In this document: piece by piece, positions 1-9,217 of the stretch
Layout: every line of letters starts with the position of its first letter
Numbering within the stretch: the first letter of the stretch is position 1
Assembly (NCBI GenBank): GCA_023667095.1
Contig: JAMPAT010000002.1
Location: forward strand, 47,097 to 111,096
From: Bacteroidales bacterium
GTDB taxonomy: Bacteria; Bacteroidota; Bacteroidia; Bacteroidales; UBA932
Direction of reading: 5' to 3'
DNA: 64,000 nucleotides
Notes under the pieces: generated by a model
What the model was told of the DNA's origin: nothing
The model's input: only the letters and a program-made list of their open reading frames with translations
Database searches by the model: none
Position numbers and translations under genes: made by a program

Positions 1-560
1 GCCGCTGCAGCCAGGTCACCTTCATAAGTGGCATCAATAAAAATCTTTGCAGCATATCTCTCAGCCTTTCCGGTAGCCCTGTCTGTAACAAGGATGGAGC
101 GGACCTCATGCCCATTCATTTCCACATTGGCAGGATCGGAATCGAACTGCCTGCCATACATTACCTTGATCTTTCCAGAATATTCTGCTATCATAGACAG
201 AAACGTCTGTTCCGCGACAGAAGGCTCAAAATGATAACCGCCGCTGCAATCCCGGAGCTGCTGCGAATCCGGCCCGTATGTTTCAAGGTAATGAGTCCTG
301 TTGCGTTCCACAAAATCAATAAAGAGTCCGGTAGTGGCACCGCGCGTTGTGATATCAGTTGCCCCCAGTCCATTGGCAGGCAAGCCTCCGATATGGGCGG
401 TACGTTCCAGAATCAGGACACTCCTGCCCTGGCGGGCCGCAGCAATTGCTGCCGTAATGCCTCCCGGTGTACCGCCGACCACCACCAAATCATATTCATA
501 CGCCGGACAAAAGTCCAGAGAGACCACAAGGGCCAGCAATGAAAATAAAATACGTATCAT
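1..560 (-). CDS. FAD-dependent oxidoreductase (PF12831-like), N-terminal 186 codons; the gene continues past the window start
   Basis: Minus-strand ATG at 558-560 sits 2 nt downstream of the esterase stop. Translation MIRILFSLLALVVSLDFCPAYEYDLVVVGGTPGGITAAIAAARQG... has a signal peptide and a Rossmann GxGxxG FAD motif. Paralog of the N-terminus of the 3555-6893 protein; DNA-level similarity of 8-40 with about 6385-6420. Not in the ORF track because no stop codon lies inside the window. Confidence 0.6.
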   Translation of the reverse strand, partial: MIRILFSLLALVVSLDFCPAYEYDLVVVGGTPGGITAAIAAARQGRSVLILERTAHIGGLPANGLGATDITTRGATTGLFIDFVERNRTHYLETYGPDSQQLRDCSGGYHFEPSVAEQTFLSMIAEYSGKIKVMYGRQFDSDPANVEMNGHEVRSILVTDRATGKAERYAAKIFIDATYEGDLAAA

Positions 561-562
561 GA

Positions 563-1543
563 TTACAGTCGTTTTTTTGCTTCAATCAACATTCGCATCA
601 AGGTAGGCTCAAGCAGATCCGTATCAATAAAACCCATGTGCGAATAATATTCCTTGAACAGGAAGTCATATTCCACATTGTTCTCTTTGAGGGCTTTGAC
701 AAAGGTTTCGGCCTGTCCCTTGTCGACAAGCACGTCTCCTGAGCAATATGTAAGCAGACAATAAGGCGCATCCTGATGCACAAAAGTTACAGGAGATGCC
801 TGTCTGCAGCTTTCTGCCGAGGAAAGGCCGAAATAGTCTTCATGACGTACCGAAGGCACAAAACCGTCAACAGTATTCACCAAATCATATATTCCGTTGA
901 AACTTGCCAGCATTTTGGCTCCGGGAATCCTCATTGCCGCATAAGAAGCCAGATGTCCCCCTGCAGAATGGCCGGCAAATCCGAACCTGTCAGGATCCAG
1001 GCCATATTCCATGGCATGCTCCCTGATATAGGCCACAGCATCCTGAATATCCTGCCATGTATCTTCAAACCTGGCACCCTGGGTAAGCAATGAATATGAA
1101 ATCCTCACACCTGCTATGCCATTGCCTGCAAGGTAACGGGAGTGAAGGCTGTGCCCTCCAAAGTCCCCCGTATGCCATCCTCCGCCATGTATCCAGACAA
1201 TAAACGGAAGTTTCCCGTCCGTCTTGGCCTTGGGCAGGTCAACAGCAATTTTCAGTTCATACCCCGGATATTTTTTGAAAACCGCCACCCGTGTCTCACA
1301 CTGCTGAAAGTCCTTGTCCTGGATATAAAGACGGCAACGTTCATACGGCACAAACATATCCGCAGGAACCGAATCCGGATCAAACAGCCCATATTTCCGT
1401 ATCTTGCCTTCATCCTTAAGGGCATAGCCCTCCCCTCTGCGCTCCAGTTCAAGCCCATATCTGTTGATTGTCCGCTGCGGATAGACAGGGAAAGAGAACA
1501 AGGCCAGGGCCAATGCCGCCATAATGATTCTAAGTTGTAGCAT
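563..1543 (-). CDS. secreted alpha/beta-hydrolase (esterase/lipase fold-3 type; candidate carbohydrate esterase)
   Basis: Signal peptide, HGGGW oxyanion-hole motif, GHSAGG (GxSxG) nucleophile elbow. Abuts GH97 (gap 3 nt). Confidence 0.75.
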   Translation of the reverse strand: MLQLRIIMAALALALFSFPVYPQRTINRYGLELERRGEGYALKDEGKIRKYGLFDPDSVPADMFVPYERCRLYIQDKDFQQCETRVAVFKKYPGYELKIAVDLPKAKTDGKLPFIVWIHGGGWHTGDFGGHSLHSRYLAGNGIAGVRISYSLLTQGARFEDTWQDIQDAVAYIREHAMEYGLDPDRFGFAGHSAGGHLASYAAMRIPGAKMLASFNGIYDLVNTVDGFVPSVRHEDYFGLSSAESCRQASPVTFVHQDAPYCLLTYCSGDVLVDKGQAETFVKALKENNVEYDFLFKEYYSHMGFIDTDLLEPTLMRMLIEAKKRL

Positions 1544-1546
1544 CTC

Positions 1547-3550
1547 TTATTTTTTTATGAATTTCACAGCAAAGCCGCCGCCCGGAGCCATGTGCAAATG
1601 CAAACTGGAAGAAGGCATGACATCTTTTTCAATACACTTATAGTCATTGGCATTGCGCGAAGCATTCATACCGTCACAGAATATGACTGCATGATATTCT
1701 CCCTGTCCCAAAAACTTTAGGTCCAGGGTGCAGTCCCTGCCGTTCCAGTCCGCAAGGGAGCCGACATACCAGTTGCCTTTGTCATCCTGGCGGGCAACAA
1801 TGATATATTCCCCTATCCTGCCTTCAAGAGGCAGCGTCCCAGACCACACTGTAGGAATTGAAGTTATGAAATCTGTGCATTCCTGCTCTTTCATATAATT
1901 GCACGGACTGTCACACAGCATATTCAGAGGAGAGTCAAACACAATATACTCAGCCAGCTGCCGGCAACGTGTACCCTGGCTCATAGGTTCAGACCAGATG
2001 CTTCTGTAGCTGGCCCTGGTACCGTTTTTCATTGCACCTTGAGTATAATCCACCGGGCCTGAAATCCCGCGGATGAAAGGAAAGGTCAAATCATAGTCCA
2101 CAAGATCACATTCATAATTCTTGTTCTTGAGCTGCTCCAGGCCGTGGACTCCCTCAAAATTCAGAACATTGGGGTAAGTCCTGTTGAGACCGGCAGGCTT
2201 GGCACCGCCATGGAAGTCAAGCACGACCTTGCAGCGCGCTGCCAGCTGAGCCGCAGCATAATAGAACTCGTTTATTTTCTGGTCATCACGTCCGATGGCA
2301 TCCAGCTTGAATCCTTTGATTCCCATTGCGGCATAATGAGCCATGATCTTTTCCATTTCCTTTTCAAAGACATAATATCCTATCCAAAGCATAAGGCCGA
2401 CATTTTTTGCTTCGGCATAACTGACAAGTTCCACAAGGTCTATCTCAGGAACCACAGCAAATGCGCTCCCCGCCATTGCGTCATACCATCCGTCATCCAG
2501 CACGACATAAGGGATTCCATTGTCTGCGGCAAAGTCGATATAGTATTTATAGGTCTCATTATTGACTCCTGCCTCGAAATCCACGCCTATGACATTCCTG
2601 TCATTCCACCATTCCCAGGCGACATAGCCTGGCTTAATCCAGGACGGATCCTCAATCCGGGACGGAGAAGCCAGCTTGTAGACCAGATCATTGGACAGCA
2701 TTTGCAGGTCATCACGCGAAACGGCTATAACTCTCCATGGGAATTCTGCCTTTGGACCACAGGAGGCAATATACGGTTCCCTTTCAACAACAACTTTATT
2801 GTGCCCCCCGACAGTAATGTCAGGATTGTGGCTGCCTTGGCGTTCCACCTTAGGATATGGAGCAAACACTCCACTCAGGCAAGTGCCGGCATTCTCATTG
2901 AAGAGATACATGCCCGGATAGCTGCACAGGTCTGATTCTGCAATGCAAATGTTGTATCCTCCGGCTGCACGGACCATTAAAGGGAGAAAAGCCAGACGTC
3001 CGTCCTGCCAGTCAGAAAGGTTTTCATGACAATATGTATTCTCAAAAGTGTTAAAGAACTGGGCATTGAAATCACCGGTCTTGCGGACATATGGAATATA
3101 AGCATCAAGATCTGACCCAAAATCAAAATCTGCAGTTTCTGAATTCACTATAAGAGGTTCGCTGATGCACGAGACAAAGCGGTAGGCAGCTCCGTCGTCA
3201 TATGCCCGGAACACCACATCATAATTGCCGCATTCAAGCACCAGTTCATTGCAGCAGTCATGTTCATGTGAACGCTTATACAACGGTGAGGCAAAAGTTT
3301 CATCAATATGACGGACACGGCTGCGGCGGACCCTGGCACCGGGTCCGAATACGCCATGGTCAGTATCCATGGATATCACTGAAGGATATATCATCATCCG
3401 GCCATCCATCCTGACTGAGTAAGTCATCTGCTGTGCCACATCTACAGTAAGCATCAGCTTTCCGTCAGGCGAAGCCACGGTATATTCTCTGGCAGAAGCT
3501 GCAGCCGCAGCAACACACAGAGAAACAGAGACAAGCAATTTCTTTATCAT
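1547..3550 (-). CDS. glycoside hydrolase family 97-like (alpha-glucosidase/alpha-galactosidase)
   Basis: 667 aa with signal peptide; VLDDGWY and GIKGFKLDA TIM-barrel segments typical of GH97; size and domain order (N-terminal beta-sandwich plus barrel) fit. Lies in the polysaccharide utilization locus. Confidence 0.65.
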   Translation of the reverse strand: MIKKLLVSVSLCVAAAAASAREYTVASPDGKLMLTVDVAQQMTYSVRMDGRMMIYPSVISMDTDHGVFGPGARVRRSRVRHIDETFASPLYKRSHEHDCCNELVLECGNYDVVFRAYDDGAAYRFVSCISEPLIVNSETADFDFGSDLDAYIPYVRKTGDFNAQFFNTFENTYCHENLSDWQDGRLAFLPLMVRAAGGYNICIAESDLCSYPGMYLFNENAGTCLSGVFAPYPKVERQGSHNPDITVGGHNKVVVEREPYIASCGPKAEFPWRVIAVSRDDLQMLSNDLVYKLASPSRIEDPSWIKPGYVAWEWWNDRNVIGVDFEAGVNNETYKYYIDFAADNGIPYVVLDDGWYDAMAGSAFAVVPEIDLVELVSYAEAKNVGLMLWIGYYVFEKEMEKIMAHYAAMGIKGFKLDAIGRDDQKINEFYYAAAQLAARCKVVLDFHGGAKPAGLNRTYPNVLNFEGVHGLEQLKNKNYECDLVDYDLTFPFIRGISGPVDYTQGAMKNGTRASYRSIWSEPMSQGTRCRQLAEYIVFDSPLNMLCDSPCNYMKEQECTDFITSIPTVWSGTLPLEGRIGEYIIVARQDDKGNWYVGSLADWNGRDCTLDLKFLGQGEYHAVIFCDGMNASRNANDYKCIEKDVMPSSSLHLHMAPGGGFAVKFIKK

Positions 3551-3554
3551 ATTC

Positions 3555-6500
3555 TTAATTGATTTTCTTTACATATTCATTGGTCCTGATATTGTCCAGG
3601 GCATTCTTTCCGTCAGCAACAACATTATCAAAGCGCACATCCTCAACAATGTGTTCTGCATCATAGCCCTGAATGTCTATTGCCGGATTCATGACGCCGG
3701 AAGCCTTGATGTCACTGAATCTGACACCTTTGATATGGCCGCGCCGCTCTCCTGAGCTCCATACGGCTTTATTGATCCACAATGATATGAAGTTCCGGCT
3801 TTCCTCTATCCTTATGTCCTTGAAAAGCACATTGCTGACAACAGCCCCGTCACAATGGTATATCCGCAAACTCCATTCGCGTCCCTTGTCATGAATAATG
3901 TCACAATCACTGAATACCACATTGCTGATGTCATGATTGATCTCCGCACCTATGCTCAATCCGTGAGCCACTTCATTCCACAGCACATTCTTCCGTACCA
4001 CGACATCTTTGCACTCGCCGCCGTTGCGCAGAGTCTTCACAACTATCAGATCGTCAAGAGTACGTATGAAACAATTCTCAACAAGCACATTTTTGCTGTT
4101 GCAGATATCTATTCCGTCTGAGTTGGCCCTGTACCCCAATATCTTGATGCCGTCTATATGCACATTCTCGCTGCGCTGTACCGGGACAGTCCATACAGAG
4201 GCGTCGCGAAGGACAACCCCCTCCACTGATATGTCTGTGCCATTGACATAAAGCAGATTGCGTGAGAGGTTCGGGCAAAGCGAGCCGTCGATTATACCGC
4301 AGCCGCGCACCTTTGCATTATTGCCTGCGACCGTGATGCTCGGATGATACGGGCCTTCAGGCTTATCGGATGTGTCACACATAAGGACTGCACCTCCTGC
4401 GACATACAGAGTCTGGTTGTCACGCACCACGACCCTGCCCACCTTGTGGATGCCCGGGCCGAAATAAATTACATCTCCCGAATTTTTGTCCGGCACATTT
4501 TCCTCAATTTCATTTGCAAAAATATGCAGGGAGCGGTACTCATCTCCGTTGATTTCCACAGTAAGCTTCTGTCCCGGCGTGACAGTCAGCACAGCTTTTC
4601 CTCCGGTAATCTTCGCCTTTACACCTGCAGAAGAAGGAAGCACCTTCACAGATTCTATCTTCCTGCCGAGGGCAGAGACCTTGACCTCCACAGGTGCAGA
4701 TATGTCAAAATAGGCAAAGGCAGCCATTTCGAAAAACTCGTGGGAATTCTTCTTGTCGTCCATGCCCTTCAGGCGTGCCTGCCTGTCTGACGGAGATACC
4801 TTTGTCTCATACACCCCCACATTTTCCCCCTTTGCCTCAAGGCTGAAGAGAAGGCTTGGCTTCTCGCCTTCAGGCATAGGGTAATTTATAAAGTCCGGCT
4901 TCTTCTCCGCAGCGACTGCCTTTTTCACTCTGACACCGTCAGCCACAACAATGCCATGTTCCGTACGGTTGCTGACAATGACCTTATGCTCTTTTTCCGG
5001 GTCAAACTCAAATACGCCCAGACTGTGCCAGAGACCATCTTCCGGCGATACTGTCTGGTCCACATACACAGTATGGGCTCCTTTGCGGTCAATTACTTTC
5101 ACCGGAACGTTCCTGCTTCTGTTGGTTCCCGGTGCATACATGATAAAAACCTCATATTTGCCTTTTGTCTCTATAAACGGATTGTACGTGACTGAAGCAG
5201 TGCCGTTCTTGTTGCCTTCGGCAAAGATATAGTCATATTTCATAAAAGGGCCCTGAGCCGTCGAATGACCCCAATAGCCTTGGATTTCAGCATTTGTATC
5301 ATCCAGCACAATGCCGTCATAGTCTGTCTGCCGCAGGAACATATTCGCAGGAGGGGCATATTGTATAATCTGGCCATGCCTCTTCAGGAGAGTCTGAAGC
5401 TGCCCGATATTGACATCCTGGACTGCGGCATCACCGTCAATCGCCAACGCAGCGGCAGATGCTGCCGCCTGGCCGAGCATCATATACACAGGCTCCATGC
5501 GGAGTGAGGCAAAAATCACGTGGGATGCAGAGATGCAGGAGGTCACAAGAAGGTTTGTACACTGTTCCTTTTTAGGAGTAATGCTCCTGTACGGAATCTG
5601 ATACGGCCTGTACGGAGTATTCTCAAAAAGACCTTCTTCCTCTATCCTGCCCTCAGGAGTCAGAATGGAGGAAACCATGTGGCAGTCCAGAAAATATGAG
5701 CCGACAGCCACAGCATCTTCCTTTTGCCAATAATCCCAGGCATCATACTGAGTCATCACATACTGCCCGACCATACGGCGTGCCTCACGTATATAAATCT
5801 GGTAAGGCCAGTTGCCGTTATCGGCAAACTCATCTTTTGCCAGGCCGTAGCGTTGTACATCCTTCCTCAAGACTTCGGGAACACGGGGGTCATTTGCAAG
5901 AAAATACAGATAGCCCTGCTGATAGTCCTTATGATACTGTTCAATCATGGCACGCGTGCTGTAGCTTCCTTCAGGATAGTTCCATGACGCATTTATAAGG
6001 TCCATATGATTAAGGTCATATTTGCCGCCAGGCAGAGGGTAGAGGGTAAGCACCTGCCTGAGGGTCGTTGCATTGCGGCGTCTTATCCTGTAAAGCACAT
6101 TAAAATACCTGTTGGCATCATAATTGGCCGGCTTGCAGAAAGGGACCATATTGTCAGGATTGTCTGTAACGCAAAGTCGGTAGACATAGGCCTGGGTCTT
6201 TCCGTCCGCAGTCCCTTCCTCATATTTCCCGGAAGGGATTACATCCAGCGGGAAGCGTCTGCGCAGCATCCGTACCGTATCAATCTGTCCGGGGGTCAGT
6301 GCCCTGAGAGTCCGGTATCGCTGAACTCCTGCCGATGTCTCTCCATAAAGATCGGCAGGTTCACGGCCGACCACATACAAAACACCGGCCTGAGCCATCA
6401 GGTCACCTTCATAAGAGGCATCTACAAACATCTTGGCAGACAGGACACGTCCATCTTCCAAAGTTACAGAAGTAATCTTCCCGTCATCTTTTACCACAGC

Positions 6501-6893
6501 ATCTGCCTGGGCCAGACGGGCATTGTACAAAACTTCAACATCGGCTTCAGAGAGCATTTCCAGGAATATCTTTTCTGCGACTGAACACTCCACATCAATG
6601 GCAATCCCATTTCTGCCATAATGCCTGGCTGCACGGTGAAGAAATTCTCCGGCATATCCGCCTACAGTCTGCGGCCAGCCTATGTCAATATGGCCTATAC
6701 CGCTTGCAGTAAGTCCGCCTATATGGCCTGTAGCTTCAACCAGGACTACATCAAGCCCGCATCGTGCAGCCGTATAGGCAGCGACAACACCGGAAGAATT
6801 TCCTCCATATACCACCAGATCGTAAGTATCATCCTCAGCAAAAGCATAGAAAGATACTGCAAAAGACAATAAGGCGACAAATAATTTTTTCAT
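3555..6893 (-). CDS. FAD-dependent oxidoreductase (PF12831-like) fused to a C-terminal GH28-like parallel beta-helix domain
   Basis: 1112 aa with signal peptide. N-terminus DLVVYGGNSSGVVAAYTAARCG (GxGxxG). C-terminus has GH28-like motifs RANSDGIDI (NTDGID-like), AHGLSIGAE (GHGLSIGS-like), SLRIY (RIK-like). Confidence 0.7.
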   Translation of the reverse strand: MKKLFVALLSFAVSFYAFAEDDTYDLVVYGGNSSGVVAAYTAARCGLDVVLVEATGHIGGLTASGIGHIDIGWPQTVGGYAGEFLHRAARHYGRNGIAIDVECSVAEKIFLEMLSEADVEVLYNARLAQADAVVKDDGKITSVTLEDGRVLSAKMFVDASYEGDLMAQAGVLYVVGREPADLYGETSAGVQRYRTLRALTPGQIDTVRMLRRRFPLDVIPSGKYEEGTADGKTQAYVYRLCVTDNPDNMVPFCKPANYDANRYFNVLYRIRRRNATTLRQVLTLYPLPGGKYDLNHMDLINASWNYPEGSYSTRAMIEQYHKDYQQGYLYFLANDPRVPEVLRKDVQRYGLAKDEFADNGNWPYQIYIREARRMVGQYVMTQYDAWDYWQKEDAVAVGSYFLDCHMVSSILTPEGRIEEEGLFENTPYRPYQIPYRSITPKKEQCTNLLVTSCISASHVIFASLRMEPVYMMLGQAAASAAALAIDGDAAVQDVNIGQLQTLLKRHGQIIQYAPPANMFLRQTDYDGIVLDDTNAEIQGYWGHSTAQGPFMKYDYIFAEGNKNGTASVTYNPFIETKGKYEVFIMYAPGTNRSRNVPVKVIDRKGAHTVYVDQTVSPEDGLWHSLGVFEFDPEKEHKVIVSNRTEHGIVVADGVRVKKAVAAEKKPDFINYPMPEGEKPSLLFSLEAKGENVGVYETKVSPSDRQARLKGMDDKKNSHEFFEMAAFAYFDISAPVEVKVSALGRKIESVKVLPSSAGVKAKITGGKAVLTVTPGQKLTVEINGDEYRSLHIFANEIEENVPDKNSGDVIYFGPGIHKVGRVVVRDNQTLYVAGGAVLMCDTSDKPEGPYHPSITVAGNNAKVRGCGIIDGSLCPNLSRNLLYVNGTDISVEGVVLRDASVWTVPVQRSENVHIDGIKILGYRANSDGIDICNSKNVLVENCFIRTLDDLIVVKTLRNGGECKDVVVRKNVLWNEVAHGLSIGAEINHDISNVVFSDCDIIHDKGREWSLRIYHCDGAVVSNVLFKDIRIEESRNFISLWINKAVWSSGERRGHIKGVRFSDIKASGVMNPAIDIQGYDAEHIVEDVRFDNVVADGKNALDNIRTNEYVKKIN

Positions 6894-6894
6894 G

Positions 6895-8508
6895 CTATTC
6901 TACAGGATTGGCGACTTTAACGGAAATTATATAATATCCCTTGCCATAATTGGCAGAAGTGGTATTCTTGTCAAGTTTTTCTATTTTCACCATACCTGTC
7001 GTATTGGGGCATGCCGACATCGGTCCTGTCCTGAAGAAGAAAGCCTCACCATTGGCATAATCACAGAAATCAGCATTAGTCTGCCCCTCGCTGAGCCTGT
7101 TCTGTACGGCAGTACCCAGCAAATCGTCTACGGTGACCGTATTGAAGTCAAACGAGAAACGGCCAGGGTCAAATTTCCTGCGTACGGTCTGATTTCTTTC
7201 AGGCCATTTGCTGTACAGAGGAATGCCAAGTTCAGCATCCTGGCTTTCAGGCCATTCTGCATCAGGGCGGTTAATCAGTGCCTCATACAGACGGACTGTC
7301 CCTCCTGGCTGTCCATTGTTAAAATAATAGAACACAAGGTCCACATTGCGCTTTTCCTCCCAGGCCTGATACAGATTCACACACTTAAGATCCCTTATGG
7401 AGAAGAACGGGAAAGCATCAGGATACTCCTCGCTGCCATGTTTTGCATAGCATTGTGCCCCTACACGGCAATCAAAGACGGCACGCATGTCAATGACAGT
7501 GGCTATCTCCAGTTCACCGATTCGCCCCAGACGGTCAATGACCTGGAATTTCAATGCATTCATATCTGTCCCATAAGCAGGGATTGTGACATTATAATCT
7601 CCTTCCCTGACATTGTCGTAAGTGACAAAAAGTTCCTGTATTTCCCTCCATTCGCCTTTTGCCAGTTTAAGGGTCTTGGCTGCTGCAGCACCTCCCTCAG
7701 AAGTGAAATGGAATGTAAATGTGCCTCCAGGGCCACTGCTTGAAATGACAGGCTCTGCAACGGTCTCTCCTGAAGGCACAATCACCGGAGCCGGGACTGC
7801 AGTATAGATGATGGGCAAAGTCTCAATCTTGACTTTTCCATATTCATCAGTCGCAGCTACCTGCAGGGCTGTATCCCCATCTACATAATCAATCTGCTGC
7901 TCAAATGAATATTCGTTGCGTGGAGTGAATGCCGGCGTGAGTCCGATTGACTTGATGCCATCCCGCTGGAACAGATTGATTTTGATGTCAGTGACTGTCG
8001 TCTGTGAAGTAACGGTAAATTTAGTGACCGGGCTCAGCATCGAACCGGTCGTTTCGTCAACTTCTATCTTGTCCAGTTCAAATGCTATTTCCGGTGCAGG
8101 CTTGTATGGAATGACTGACACAGGAAGCACAGCCTCTTTAGTCCTGTCCCCTCTGTCAGTTGCTTCAATACGGATCTCAAGCATATCCTCAGACCATTTG
8201 GGAGATTCCTTCAGAGAGAACTGATAAGGATCATGGAAATCAGTAATCTTCTTGTAAAGAGTCTCTTCCGGATTTTCCGCGCTTCCTCTGCCGATATACA
8301 TGCATACCTGCTTGAGACCTGCTTCAGAACGGACAACACAAATCACGGGAATATTGTCTGAGGTATTCATGTCAGGTGACAATTGGTCAAGAATCAGATT
8401 GAATTCCGGCTCTGCCATTGCCGACCAGTCCATTGTCTGCCTTGTGCATGATGCTCCCAAAGCCATCGCCACTAAAATCAGAAGTGCCTTATATATGTTA
8501 TGTACCAT
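6895..8508 (-). CDS. surface lipoprotein, hypothetical (SusE/F-position accessory protein of the locus)
   Basis: Lipobox LGASC after a hydrophobic N-terminus; 537 aa; sits between the fasciclin lipoprotein and the enzymes of the locus; no recognisable catalytic motif. Confidence 0.55.
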   Translation of the reverse strand: MVHNIYKALLILVAMALGASCTRQTMDWSAMAEPEFNLILDQLSPDMNTSDNIPVICVVRSEAGLKQVCMYIGRGSAENPEETLYKKITDFHDPYQFSLKESPKWSEDMLEIRIEATDRGDRTKEAVLPVSVIPYKPAPEIAFELDKIEVDETTGSMLSPVTKFTVTSQTTVTDIKINLFQRDGIKSIGLTPAFTPRNEYSFEQQIDYVDGDTALQVAATDEYGKVKIETLPIIYTAVPAPVIVPSGETVAEPVISSSGPGGTFTFHFTSEGGAAAAKTLKLAKGEWREIQELFVTYDNVREGDYNVTIPAYGTDMNALKFQVIDRLGRIGELEIATVIDMRAVFDCRVGAQCYAKHGSEEYPDAFPFFSIRDLKCVNLYQAWEEKRNVDLVFYYFNNGQPGGTVRLYEALINRPDAEWPESQDAELGIPLYSKWPERNQTVRRKFDPGRFSFDFNTVTVDDLLGTAVQNRLSEGQTNADFCDYANGEAFFFRTGPMSACPNTTGMVKIEKLDKNTTSANYGKGYYIISVKVANPVE

Positions 8509-8559
8509 AATATGTTCAATATTGTTTATATGCGGTATAGTAATCTTGCTGTGCCAGCC

Positions 8560-9210
8560 CTAATAGGCCGGTGTGTAATTGACGCCCTTGCTGAACCTTG
8601 CAAAATCATTGAAGATATGAATCGCACCGTTCACAGGCATTATGTTGGAAGCAACGGAACTGATGCGTTTGCTGCTGAAATTGCTGCCGGCTTCGTTAAT
8701 GACGATATTTCCGTTTGAAATCGGATGGCCGATAGAGTTCTGTGATGACTTGTTCACCTTGATTGTCATAAGTCCCCACTCTCCCTCAAGATGATTCTTG
8801 ACATATACCGGTTCAACTGGAAGTTTCATTCCATAAGCATGATACTCACCAACGACAATGTGATACTGAAGCATTTTGGAGACAGCATCAACTTCCACTT
8901 CAGTAATGTCAGCACCAACCTCAAATCCCTTGGATTTCACAAAGTTATCCATACCTTCGTTATTGATGCACAGGTATGTGAAATAGTCCTGCTCCTGTGT
9001 ATAAAGTTCCTCCATAGAGCAATACGCAATAGCCTTGGCCATCTGCGACAGATCTTCACGGGATTGGATATACTCCAAGGCATTCATGCCGACGTGAGGG
9101 TCCAGAGGTTTGCTTCTGTACTTGTAATTCTTCTGCAGCCCGAAGCCGTCACAAGCGACAAGCACAGATACCATGCAGGACACATATATGATTCTGAAAA
9201 GAGTTTTCAT
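8560..9210 (-). CDS. fasciclin (FAS1) domain lipoprotein
   Basis: Lipobox LVAC; FAS1 H1/H2-like segments LQYHIVVGEY and NGAIHIFNDF; directly downstream of SusD. Confidence 0.65.
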   Translation of the reverse strand: MKTLFRIIYVSCMVSVLVACDGFGLQKNYKYRSKPLDPHVGMNALEYIQSREDLSQMAKAIAYCSMEELYTQEQDYFTYLCINNEGMDNFVKSKGFEVGADITEVEVDAVSKMLQYHIVVGEYHAYGMKLPVEPVYVKNHLEGEWGLMTIKVNKSSQNSIGHPISNGNIVINEAGSNFSSKRISSVASNIMPVNGAIHIFNDFARFSKGVNYTPAY

Positions 9211-9217
9211 TGTAAAA

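Noticed and set aside
108-542. 144-aa + ORF at the window start
   Set aside because: Antisense to the partial FAD-oxidoreductase gene, which has the better motifs (signal peptide, GxGxxG, a paralog in the same locus).
2144-2935. 263-aa + ORF inside GH97; also 6006-6584, 6892-7743, 13971-14579 and 24461-25423 + ORFs inside minus-strand genes
   Set aside because: All are antisense to long, motif-bearing genes, and their starts and stops do not respect neighbouring gene boundaries.
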